Source of the DNA: Candidatus Fraserbacteria bacterium
Lineage (GTDB): Bacteria; Bipolaricaulota; Bipolaricaulia; RBG-16-55-9
Assembly: GCA_037443265.1 (NCBI GenBank)
Contig: JBBIOR010000028.1
Coordinates: 1 to 15,432 of the forward strand
Length of the DNA stretch: 15,432 nucleotides
Reading direction: 5' to 3'
In this document: positions 1 to 7,303 of the stretch, in pieces
How positions within the stretch are numbered: the stretch's first letter is position 1
Layout: the number at the start of each line of letters is the position of its first letter
Translations under genes and position numbers: made by a program
The notes under the pieces: model-generated
Told to the model about the DNA's origin: nothing
The model's input: the letters and a program-made list of their open reading frames with translations, nothing else
Databases searched by the model: none

Positions 1-127
1 ATCGAAAGAGAAGGCGAAGAAGAAGGAGCGCGCTTTTAATTGAACCAGTGTGGTATTGAAACCTACGTGAGCGCCGAGCTGCAAGAACGGGATCTGGCTT
101 TTAATTGAACCAGTGTGGTATTGAAAC
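1..127 (+). CRISPR. CRISPR array, terminal part (continues beyond the left edge): partial spacer 1-32, repeat 33-62, 35-nt spacer 63-97, repeat 98-127
   Basis: Two exact copies of CTTTTAATTGAACCAGTGTGGTATTGAAAC (30 bp; the preceding G also matches) separated by a unique 35-nt spacer. The 3' end ATTGAAAC is typical of Cas6-processed type I-B/III repeats. Only two repeats are visible. Confidence 0.9.
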
Positions 128-417
128 GGTAAGAGGGCCTGTCAAGCCGCCGGATGCACTCCGGACCATCGTTGGCCGGGGAATTGACAAGCTTCGAAAC
201 CGGAAACTCCTCCGCCGGGTAGGGCTTGAGCACCCCCATGAGCGCGCCCTGCTCCTCGGGATTCAGCCAGAGCTCTTCCAGCTCCTTCCGCACGATCACA
301 GGCATCCGGTTGTGGATGGGCCTCAGAAGCTCGTTGGCCTCCGTGGTCACTCAGGAGGCCCTCCGGAGATTGCCAGGACTCCCACAGCCCAGCGAAGGGC
401 TTTTTGGATTTGAGCCG
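128..417 (-). pseudogene. SOS response-associated peptidase (SRAP/YedK/HMCES family) remnant, C-terminal half, frameshifted
   Basis: From 417 the minus strand reads RLKSKKPFAGLWESWQSPEG. After a frameshift near 352 it reads VTTEANELLRPIHNRMPVIV...WL...LKPYPAEEFPVSKLVNSPANDGPECI. Both blocks match SRAP motifs (AGLW, TTxAN, IHxRMP, VSxxVN). The N-terminal half is absent and there is no stop before the CRISPR repeat. Confidence 0.85.
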
Positions 418-480
418 CTCCCCACCCCAGCCCTACTGAGTGTGCCCCTTGAAAAGAACCCAAGCTCCAGGAGGGTCATC

Positions 481-840
481 ATGCTCAGAAAAGAGGAGAT
501 CGCTGAGAAACTTCAAGCTTACTACCAAGCCGTGGATTCTGGGGACCTTAAGAGGCTCTTCTCCCTCTTCCACGAAGACATCGTCTATCTAAGAGGGCAG
601 AGGACGATCGAGGGCCTGGAGGCCTTCCGGGCGTTCTACCGGCAGGGGCGGGCTATCCGGGAGGGGAAGCATACGCTCCATCAGATATTGATCGAGCCTC
701 CGGAGGCCGCGGTCCGGGGTCGCTTCTCGGGAAGGCTCAAGGACGGCGAGCCGGTGCAGGTCGACTTCGTCGACTTCTTCTGGTTTGAAGGAGACAAGAT
801 CATCCGGCGCGAGACCTACTTCCGGGGTCGTGAGGTGTAG
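481..840 (+). CDS. SnoaL-like / NTF2-fold protein (119 aa)
   Basis: AGGAGG at 469-474 precedes ATG 481. The pattern YYQAVDSGDL..L..LFHEDIVY...G.EA...FY...F.DFF.F.GDKI.RRETYF is typical of SnoaL-like domains. The ORF extension to 226 is judged spurious. Confidence 0.85.
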   Translation: MLRKEEIAEKLQAYYQAVDSGDLKRLFSLFHEDIVYLRGQRTIEGLEAFRAFYRQGRAIREGKHTLHQILIEPPEAAVRGRFSGRLKDGEPVQVDFVDFFWFEGDKIIRRETYFRGREV

Positions 841-1083
841 CGTCTCAGCCTACATCAACCAAGGGCGCTTTTCTGATGCTTCCCTCTTCTTGTGCTAGCA
901 TGCTCGGCTCTCTTTCCGTACCCTTCCCTCTCGAAATCCCGTCTCCGCCCGGAGCCCGCATCGTCGGCGGCGTACTCTATGGCAGCGAGTGGAGCAGCTG
1001 GCGCTTCTTACACCAAGGGCAGAGCTGGCTTCCCATCGTCCTCGAGACGGCAGGGGATCGGCGCTTCGTATTCCTAAGGAGCG

Positions 1084-1638
1084 CTAGGCCGCCGAGCGGA
1101 AGAGCCCCCGGCTCTTGTAGAAATACTCAGACCCCGAAGCCAGCGCCAACACCACCGCCAGCAAGATGAACGCTACTTTGACGTCCTCCCCCACCGGTCC
1201 CCACTCCCAATAGTGAGAGCCCATCAGCACCATCACCAGCCCGACGTGTGAGAGGGTCTTCAGCTTCCCAAGCACGCTGGCCGCAATCACCATGTTCTGA
1301 GCCATCGCCCAGATCCTAAGGCCCATCACCAGAAGCTCCCGACTCAGGATGATCACCACCCAGACCGGCCAGATCTCCCCAAGCCACACGAAGACTAGAA
1401 GAGCCGCCATCACCAGAAGCTTGTCGGCAATAGGGTCGGCCAGCCTGCCAAAATCCGTGATCTCTCCGCGACTGCGGGCCAACCAGCCGTCAATCGCATC
1501 CGAAAGAGCCGCCAACGTGAAGATGATCAACGCGACTAGCTCACCCCGGGGCACTGTCCCCGACAACAGAAAGAACAAGAAGACCGGAATGATGGCAATC
1601 CGGATGAGCGTGATGATGTTCGGCAGGTTCCAGGCCAT
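1084..1638 (-). CDS. pgsA: CDP-diacylglycerol--glycerol-3-phosphate 3-phosphatidyltransferase
   Basis: N-terminal NLPNIITLIRI, CDP-alcohol phosphotransferase motif DAIDGWLAR...FGRLADPIADK, GKLKT motif and multiple TM segments. Confidence 0.95.
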   Translation of the reverse strand: MAWNLPNIITLIRIAIIPVFLFFLLSGTVPRGELVALIIFTLAALSDAIDGWLARSRGEITDFGRLADPIADKLLVMAALLVFVWLGEIWPVWVVIILSRELLVMGLRIWAMAQNMVIAASVLGKLKTLSHVGLVMVLMGSHYWEWGPVGEDVKVAFILLAVVLALASGSEYFYKSRGLFRSAA

Positions 1639-1662
1639 CCCAAACCCCGCCTTCTATAATTG

Positions 1663-1697
1663 AGCTATTGCGAGCCGCGAAGCTATTTCGAGCCTCG
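1663..1697. repeat. Imperfect tandem direct repeat (2 x 17 bp, 18-nt period) in the korB-pgsA intergenic region
   Basis: agctattgcgagccgcg (1663-1679) and agctatttcgagcctcg (1681-1697), 15/17 identical. Confidence 0.6.
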
Positions 1698-1712
1698 CCA
1701 GAGACAGCCAAG

Positions 1713-2678
1713 CTATATGACCCGCAGCTCCTCAAAGAAGCGCGTCAAGTCGGCCGTTGGAGAGCCACCTTGGTTCAAGATGGGCCGCTTAGCCGGCGGA
1801 CTCTCCCGATAGAACGGAATGCGCCTTAGGATGCGCTCCTCAAACGTCGTGGTCGTCTCATTCTTCAAGAAGACTCCGATAGGGATGCGATCCCCCCACT
1901 CCAGAGCCCTCTCGATGAATTGCAAGAGCTTCGCGTGCGCTTCCTCCGCGCTGGGTCGCATCACCGGATCGTACCCTTGCTCTTCCAGCTTGTAGACCCG
2001 CGGCATGGGCTTCCCGCGGGCATCCAGTCGATCCAGGCCACCGTACCAGTCCTTCGTGTTGAGGTCATTGTACGTAGGACACGGCTGGAGCACGTCGATG
2101 AAGGCTGAGCCCTTGTGCTCGATCGCCTGCCGGATCAACCCCACCAGATGCGGGATGTCGAAGGCATAGCCGCGGGCGATGAACGTGTAGCCCGCCGAGA
2201 GCGCCAGAAGCAGCGGATTGATCCCTTCGTTCACGTTGGGCTGCGGCAGGCTCTTCGTCTGGAGGCCCAATTTGAGCGTGGGCGAGGCCTGGCCCTTGGT
2301 GAGGCCGTATACGCCGTTGTCATAGATGATGTAGGTGAGATCGACGTTTCTTCGCCCGGCGTTCACAAAGTGCCCGGCCCCGATGCCCAACCCATCGCCG
2401 TCGCCTCCCACGGCAATGACCGTGAGCGCCGGGTTGGCCAGCTTGGCACCTATGGCGAAGGGGAGCACCCTTCCGTGGAGCGTGTGCGTGCCAAAAACTT
2501 TCACGTAATGAACAGTCTTGGCCGAGCAGCCAATGCCCGAAAAGAGCGCCACGCGATGGGGCTCCAGATCCATTTGAGCTAATGCCATTTGAATAGAATT
2601 TAATATGCCAAAGTCTCCGCAGCCCGGACACCAGTTGTTGTGGACCTCCGTCTTGAACTCTTGCACACTAGCGGCCAC
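1713..2678 (-). CDS. korB: 2-oxoacid:ferredoxin oxidoreductase subunit beta (TPP-binding)
   Basis: WCPGCGDFG, SGIGCS, HTLHGR, GGDGD TPP motif, NGVYGLTKGQASPT and QPCPTYN. Likely start is GTG 2678, overlapping the alpha-subunit stop. Substrate specificity is not determinable. Confidence 0.93.
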   Translation of the reverse strand: MAASVQEFKTEVHNNWCPGCGDFGILNSIQMALAQMDLEPHRVALFSGIGCSAKTVHYVKVFGTHTLHGRVLPFAIGAKLANPALTVIAVGGDGDGLGIGAGHFVNAGRRNVDLTYIIYDNGVYGLTKGQASPTLKLGLQTKSLPQPNVNEGINPLLLALSAGYTFIARGYAFDIPHLVGLIRQAIEHKGSAFIDVLQPCPTYNDLNTKDWYGGLDRLDARGKPMPRVYKLEEQGYDPVMRPSAEEAHAKLLQFIERALEWGDRIPIGVFLKNETTTTFEERILRRIPFYRESPPAKRPILNQGGSPTADLTRFFEELRVI

Positions 2679-4620
2679 TCGTGAGCACCACCCTTTCAGG
2701 CGCCCCCTTCTTGATGATCTGCTTGAGAGCCTCGTAGAGCTCATCGACGGACATGGGGCGCCCATTGTACTTGACGATGAGATGATCCATCGCGATGCCC
2801 GTCAGTTGCCTGACCAACCCGGCCAGCTGACCCGAGAAGTTGCCCTCGATAGCGATCTTCTGTCCGGCACCTCTTAGATGCCGGGCGATCTCTTCGGCCG
2901 GCAGCGGCCAGAGGAGCCGAACTTGAATGAAGCGAGTGGGAATCTCTTCCTTGGCCAGCCTCTCCATCGCCTCCAGGATGGCTCCCTTGGGGGAGCCCCA
3001 GCTCAAGAGGGCAATCTCGGCCTGGGAGTCTCCGAAGACGTTCAGCTTCTCTAGGAGTGGGATCTCCTTGGCAGCCGTCTCCAGTTTCTTCATGCGCTTC
3101 TCCATCATGGCGACGCGCACCACAGGATCTTCCGTGATATGGCCCCACTCGTCGTGCTCATCGCTCGTCCGCCAACAGATACCGAACTTTTGGCCCAGGA
3201 CGACCCGCGGAGAGATCCCCGTCTGTGTCAGTTGAAACGCTTTGAAGGCCCCGTTGGAGCTTTGAAAAGCCAGCTCTTCGTCGGTGAGGAGCTGCCCGCG
3301 GTCGATCACCACAGAGCTTGTGTCAAAGACGGGATGCGTCTGGCTGCTGGAGGCGATCGCCTTATCCAGCAAGTGGATGACGGGCATCTGGAATCTCTCG
3401 GCCCAGTTGAAAGCTCGTATGGTGTCGTAGAAGGCCTCTTGGAGATCTCCGGAGGCGAGCACGAGGCGCGGGGCTTCGCCGTGGCCAGCGTGGATGGCAA
3501 ATCTCAGATCCCCCTGCTCGCTACGGGTGGGCATGCCCGTGGAGGGGCTGCCGCGCTGATAGAGCGTAATCACCAGGGGAACTTCATCCATGGCGGCAAA
3601 GCCCAGGCCCTCGATCATGAGCGAGAATCCCGGCCCCGAGGTCGAGGTGGCCGCGCGCGCCCCGGCCAGGGCCGCGCCCGTGGCCATGTTGATGGCCGAG
3701 ATCTCATCCTCCGTCTGCATCACCAAGATGGCCCCCTTCCCTTCCCCAGCCCCCGCGTTGAGCGAGAAGACTTCGTGTGCCTCCAGATACACAGACTCGT
3801 CGGTGGCCGGACTGATGGGATAATACGTCTGGAAGGAGCAGCCGGCGATCACTTTCCCCAGAGCCACCGCCTGGTTGCCCGTAAGATAGATGCGCCTCTC
3901 CCCTGCGGCCATCGGCTTGAGAGCACAGGAGAATGGGTCTTCAAAGTTAGTGGCCATGTACTCGTAGGCCAGCTCACAGGCCCGCAGATTCATCTCAATG
4001 ACTCTTCGTTTGTCCCGGAAGATGTTGCTAAGGGCCTTCTCCAGCCATGAGATCTCGTACTGCAAGAGGGCGCATGAGGCGGCCACGGCCATGGTGTTGG
4101 CCGTCTTCTTCAGCCTGCTGATGGGCTCTCCAAGCATCTCTGAGAGTCTCTCAATGAGCTCCTCGTAGGGGACGGCGAAGAGCTTGGCACCGCGATCTCG
4201 CACGATTCCCAGAAGATCTTCCATCGTGTCGCCCGCGCCATGCTCCGCCAGAAATGTCCTCAAGTCCTCCCGGGCGCGCTCCGTCATGGCCGGGATGCGA
4301 TCTAAGGGGGTCTCGCTTAGCTTGGGATCGTAGAGGATGCCCCCTTGTGGCACCACATCCCGGGCGTGCAGAAAGACCGTCTCGGCATCGAAGGTCACCA
4401 GCACGTCTATGCGATCTGAGGTGGCATACACGGGGCGATCGGAGACACGCACTTGATAGTAGCTGTGCTCTCCCATGATGTTGGAATAATATTCGCGCTG
4501 GCCGTAGATATGAAGGCCGCCAAAGGCGCACGCCTTGGCGAACATGGTGGCGGCCGAATCGACACCGCTGCCCTGTGCGCCACCGATCAGCCAGTTCAAG
4601 TGATTGATGCGCCGCTCCAT
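2668..4620 (-). CDS. korA: 2-oxoacid:ferredoxin oxidoreductase subunit alpha (fused gamma-alpha type)
   Basis: N-terminal gamma domain IGGAQGSG, plus GNQAVA, YYPISPAT, QTEDEISA, TSTSGPGFSLM and QRGSPSTGMPT. AAAGGAG RBS upstream of ATG 4620. Confidence 0.93.
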   Translation of the reverse strand: MERRINHLNWLIGGAQGSGVDSAATMFAKACAFGGLHIYGQREYYSNIMGEHSYYQVRVSDRPVYATSDRIDVLVTFDAETVFLHARDVVPQGGILYDPKLSETPLDRIPAMTERAREDLRTFLAEHGAGDTMEDLLGIVRDRGAKLFAVPYEELIERLSEMLGEPISRLKKTANTMAVAASCALLQYEISWLEKALSNIFRDKRRVIEMNLRACELAYEYMATNFEDPFSCALKPMAAGERRIYLTGNQAVALGKVIAGCSFQTYYPISPATDESVYLEAHEVFSLNAGAGEGKGAILVMQTEDEISAINMATGAALAGARAATSTSGPGFSLMIEGLGFAAMDEVPLVITLYQRGSPSTGMPTRSEQGDLRFAIHAGHGEAPRLVLASGDLQEAFYDTIRAFNWAERFQMPVIHLLDKAIASSSQTHPVFDTSSVVIDRGQLLTDEELAFQSSNGAFKAFQLTQTGISPRVVLGQKFGICWRTSDEHDEWGHITEDPVVRVAMMEKRMKKLETAAKEIPLLEKLNVFGDSQAEIALLSWGSPKGAILEAMERLAKEEIPTRFIQVRLLWPLPAEEIARHLRGAGQKIAIEGNFSGQLAGLVRQLTGIAMDHLIVKYNGRPMSVDELYEALKQIIKKGAPERVVLTSGR

Positions 4621-4653
4621 TGGGCTTCTCCTTTCCAATACGCCAAAAAGGCT

Positions 4654-4682
4654 ACTCTAGCACATCCTTTCAGGGTATTCAA
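4654..4682 (-). promoter_or_regulatory. Putative sigma70 promoter P2 of korAB
   Basis: TTGAAT (4682-4677), 17 nt, TAGAGT (4659-4654), with an extended -10 TG. Confidence 0.6.
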
Positions 4683-4731
4683 GCGGCCACGAGCCTCAAA
4701 AGATCCCATAGACTCCCAGGGCTTAGCGGGC

Positions 4732-4760
4732 AGTGTACCTCCTCCACAGGAGATTGTCAA
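4732..4760 (-). promoter_or_regulatory. Putative sigma70 promoter P1 of korAB
   Basis: TTGACA (4760-4755), 17 nt, TACACT (4737-4732). Confidence 0.65.
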
Positions 4761-4774
4761 CGAAGGGAAGGACT

Positions 4775-4804
4775 TTGCGCGTCACCCGACACACCCGGTA
4801 CAAT
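4775..4804 (+). promoter_or_regulatory. Putative sigma70 promoter of the peroxiredoxin gene
   Basis: TTGCGC (4775-4780), 18 nt, TACAAT (4799-4804), about 40 nt before the start codon. Confidence 0.55.
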
Positions 4805-4843
4805 AGGAGCACTCATTCTCAAGGGAAAGGAGGAGATCACCCC

Positions 4844-5323
4844 ATGGCTCTCAATGTCGGCCAACGGGCACCGGATTTTACCCTGCCCGCCTGCGACGGC
4901 GAGCGAGTCGAGCCCTTCCAGCTCAGCCAGCATCTGGGCCGAGGCCCTATGGTCTTGGCGTTCTTCCCGCTGGCCTTCACCCCCGTCTGCACCAACGAGA
5001 TGTGCCACTTCCGCGATAGTATGAGCTCATTCAATGATCTCAAGACCCAAGTCTACGGCATCAGCGTGGATAGCCCCTACGCGCTCAACGCCTTCATTGA
5101 AGCTCATAATTTGAGCTTCAAGCTGCTTAGCGACTTCAACAAGCAGGTGAGCGCCCAGTATGGCGTCCTACATGAGAGGCTCGGGAATCTGAACGGGGTC
5201 TCCAAGCGCAGCGTCTTCATTCTCGATAACGACGGGATCGTCCGCTACCGCTGGGTGAGCGAGGACCCGAGAGTGATGCCCAGCTTCCCAGAGATCCAGC
5301 AGGCCCTCCAGAAACTCCAGTAG
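4844..5323 (+). CDS. Peroxiredoxin (AhpC/TSA family, BCP/PrxQ- or AhpE-like; CxxxxC)
   Basis: VGQRAPDFTL, active site FPLAFTPVCTNEMC (PxxxTxxC), GISVDS, LLSD and KRSVFILD..GIVRY. AAGGAGGAG RBS before ATG 4844. Confidence 0.93.
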   Translation: MALNVGQRAPDFTLPACDGERVEPFQLSQHLGRGPMVLAFFPLAFTPVCTNEMCHFRDSMSSFNDLKTQVYGISVDSPYALNAFIEAHNLSFKLLSDFNKQVSAQYGVLHERLGNLNGVSKRSVFILDNDGIVRYRWVSEDPRVMPSFPEIQQALQKLQ

Positions 5324-5358
5324 GGAAGGCAGAGCCAATCGCGAAGGGACGGACGTCC

Positions 5359-5386
5359 TGGACATCCGTAAGCGCTATGATAATTT
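5359..5386 (+). promoter_or_regulatory. Possible promoter for a leaderless transcript of the 636-aa gene
   Basis: TGGACA (5359-5364), 16 nt, TG-extended TAATTT (5381-5386), 6 nt before ATG 5393. No SD. Overlapping alternative -10 hexamers (TATGAT, GATAAT) exist. Confidence 0.4.
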
Positions 5387-5392
5387 AGCAGC

Positions 5393-7303
5393 ATGAGAAT
5401 TCGATTGGTGCCCGGCCCCATAGTGGCGCTCTGGGCCCTAGCTCTCTTCGGCTCGCAGCCGATGCTCTGGGCTCAGTCGACTCCGATCGTCGTCCGGCAG
5501 GGCGACTTTCAGGCCACGGTCTTTCCCTTGCTAGGGGCGGCCTCGGCCGAGGAATTTTACAATTATTCACTCTTCGACTATCAAGCGCGCACTTCCCTTG
5601 AGATCCCGCGACACAGCTTGATCGCCTTCTATCGAGACTCTCGCACAGGCAAGCTCGCGCTGATCATCATTCACAATGCGCCAGACGCCGGCTCCGGTGG
5701 AGGGGTAAAGCTCCGTCTGGAGGGCCTACCCTCCACAGCCCAATTGACCCTCAAAGACGATCCCAGCGATGAGTACACGTTTGAGCCGCCGAACGCGCAA
5801 GTCACGTGGCGCTGGGTCTCCGGGCGCACCGATGGGCTGGTCGTCAACGACTTGGGCGAGCGTTTCACGCTGACCCTCACGCCCCAACTCATGCAAGGGG
5901 TCGTGGGCTGGAAAGTATATACCGTGAAAGATCCCGCGATCGGGCCCGAGCGGATTCCTCTACCCAGTCTCACAGATCCCATTGAGATCTTCGTCGGAGA
6001 GGGTCCTCCTCCTCCTCCGCCAGCCACTGCGCCCCCTGGCCCTCCGGTCCGGCAGCTCCGCCCGGAAGAGAACCTCATACAGCGAGAGATCTCCACGCCA
6101 CAGGCCCAGCCCGGCAGTGCCTTTCGCGTGGCTCTCGCGCTCAGAATTGGAGTGACCAGCCACGGGCTGGGAGTGGAAGAGCAGCTTCCCACAGGCTGGA
6201 GGATCGAGCCGGTGCAGAACGACGGCGCGATCTTCAAGTTCACGAACGCCCGCGGGCAGTGGCTCTTCCCGACGATCCTTAAGAGTGGAGACACAAAGCG
6301 CATCGTCTACGACGTGCGCGTGCCGGAAGCAGAAGAGCTGATCGGAGCCGCGGCGCGCTTCACTATTCAGGGGAAGATGACCAGCGCTTCCCCCGTCTAT
6401 ACCGTGCCCATCACCGGCGAATCTGAGATTGAGATCGTCTCGTGCCTGAGCGAAGCGGTGGCCATCGCCCATCTGGATCTTAGGAGCGGGCAGGTCGATC
6501 TTAGAGGCCACGAGACGATCTCTCCGGAGCAGATGGCCCAAGCGGTCGCGTTCTGGCAGGCATCTCTTCCGGTGCCGGGGACCTGTGCGGCCCTGATGAG
6601 CTCCGAGGCGTTGCAGCGGGTCATGATGCATCAATTATTGAACATCCGGGTGGATGAGCCTCTGCCACCGCCCTGGACAGACCCGGCTGCGCCGCCTGTC
6701 ACAGTCAAGCGCACCCTCCAGACGCCCCTGCCTGCCGGACAGCTCTATCCCAAGGCCCCGCGGGGAGAGGCCTTCCGCGTGGAGCTTCTCATCCAGGCCC
6801 AACAGGATCTGCCCGGCTTGCGCATCATCGAGCAGCTTCCCGCAGATTGGAGGGTGCAGCCGCTGGTCCTCCTGAGCGCCGTCTTCCGAGAGGGAGAGGG
6901 TGGCGTAAGAGAATGGATCTTCCCGGAGCTCATCTCCGCAGGAGGGGTGCGCCGCCTCGTCTATGAAGTGACTGTGCCCACGGATGCCGCGCCGGCCACG
7001 GTGATGCTCAAGGGGGCTTCCGAGAGCGGACAGATGGCGTTCACCCAGGTGACCCAAGGGGATAGCGCTGTAAAAATCATAGAGTGTCTCTCCCTGCTCT
7101 TGGCTGTGGCTCATCTCGACGCCAAGACGGGTCAGATTGATCTGAGCCTAGATAACACGATCAGCCGCGAACAGTCCGAAGCAGCCTTCCTGCTCTGGCT
7201 GGACGATAGAGAAGTCCCCGGCACCTGTGGCCGGAAGCTGGATCTAGCGACACTTCAGCGCATTGTCACCCACGCCCTGACCGGCCAACCCGTCGAGCCA
7301 TGA
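5393..7303 (+). CDS. Secreted/cell-surface hypothetical protein: signal peptide, N-terminal beta-rich domain, Pro-rich linker, two ~195-aa repeats
   Basis: Hydrophobic N-terminus ending LWA-QS and a GPPPPPPATAPPGPP linker. Repeats (aa ~229-424 and ~438-636) share FRV.L, EQLP..WR..P, W.FP, R.VY.V.VP, CLS...A.AHLD...GQ.DL, TIS.EQ and W.....VPGTC. Confidence 0.85.
   Translation: MRIRLVPGPIVALWALALFGSQPMLWAQSTPIVVRQGDFQATVFPLLGAASAEEFYNYSLFDYQARTSLEIPRHSLIAFYRDSRTGKLALIIIHNAPDAGSGGGVKLRLEGLPSTAQLTLKDDPSDEYTFEPPNAQVTWRWVSGRTDGLVVNDLGERFTLTLTPQLMQGVVGWKVYTVKDPAIGPERIPLPSLTDPIEIFVGEGPPPPPPATAPPGPPVRQLRPEENLIQREISTPQAQPGSAFRVALALRIGVTSHGLGVEEQLPTGWRIEPVQNDGAIFKFTNARGQWLFPTILKSGDTKRIVYDVRVPEAEELIGAAARFTIQGKMTSASPVYTVPITGESEIEIVSCLSEAVAIAHLDLRSGQVDLRGHETISPEQMAQAVAFWQASLPVPGTCAALMSSEALQRVMMHQLLNIRVDEPLPPPWTDPAAPPVTVKRTLQTPLPAGQLYPKAPRGEAFRVELLIQAQQDLPGLRIIEQLPADWRVQPLVLLSAVFREGEGGVREWIFPELISAGGVRRLVYEVTVPTDAAPATVMLKGASESGQMAFTQVTQGDSAVKIIECLSLLLAVAHLDAKTGQIDLSLDNTISREQSEAAFLLWLDDREVPGTCGRKLDLATLQRIVTHALTGQPVEP

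Noticed and set aside
1..97. Self-targeting of CRISPR spacers within the window
   Set aside because: No match to either spacer was noticed by eye elsewhere in the window. A genome-wide search was not possible.
171..200. Possible degenerate third CRISPR repeat ending ...ttcgaaac
   Set aside because: Only the terminal GAAAC and a short AATTGA word match. The spacing is wrong and the sequence is explained by SRAP coding on the minus strand.
63..350. 95-aa ORF as an intact gene
   Set aside because: It is a SRAP fragment preceded by an in-frame stop and lacking the catalytic N-terminus. Its last ~20 codons are just CRISPR repeat/spacer sequence.
226..480. N-terminal extension of the SnoaL ORF (204-aa version)
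   Set aside because: Low-complexity translation antisense to the SRAP remnant. A strong RBS sits at ATG 481.
3139..4050. 303-aa + strand ORF and other long antisense ORFs (e.g. 5671-6303, 5960-6634, 7255-7803, 9989-10537, 13509-14027)
   Set aside because: Shadow ORFs opposite well-supported genes, expected at high GC, with no recognisable motifs.
4621..4730. Riboswitch (e.g. TPP) in the korA leader
   Set aside because: No recognisable conserved riboswitch motifs, and only weak pairing potential by eye.
6004..6018. (CCT)n microsatellite as a phase-variation tract
   Set aside because: An in-frame triplet repeat encoding the poly-Pro linker, so slippage would not switch expression.
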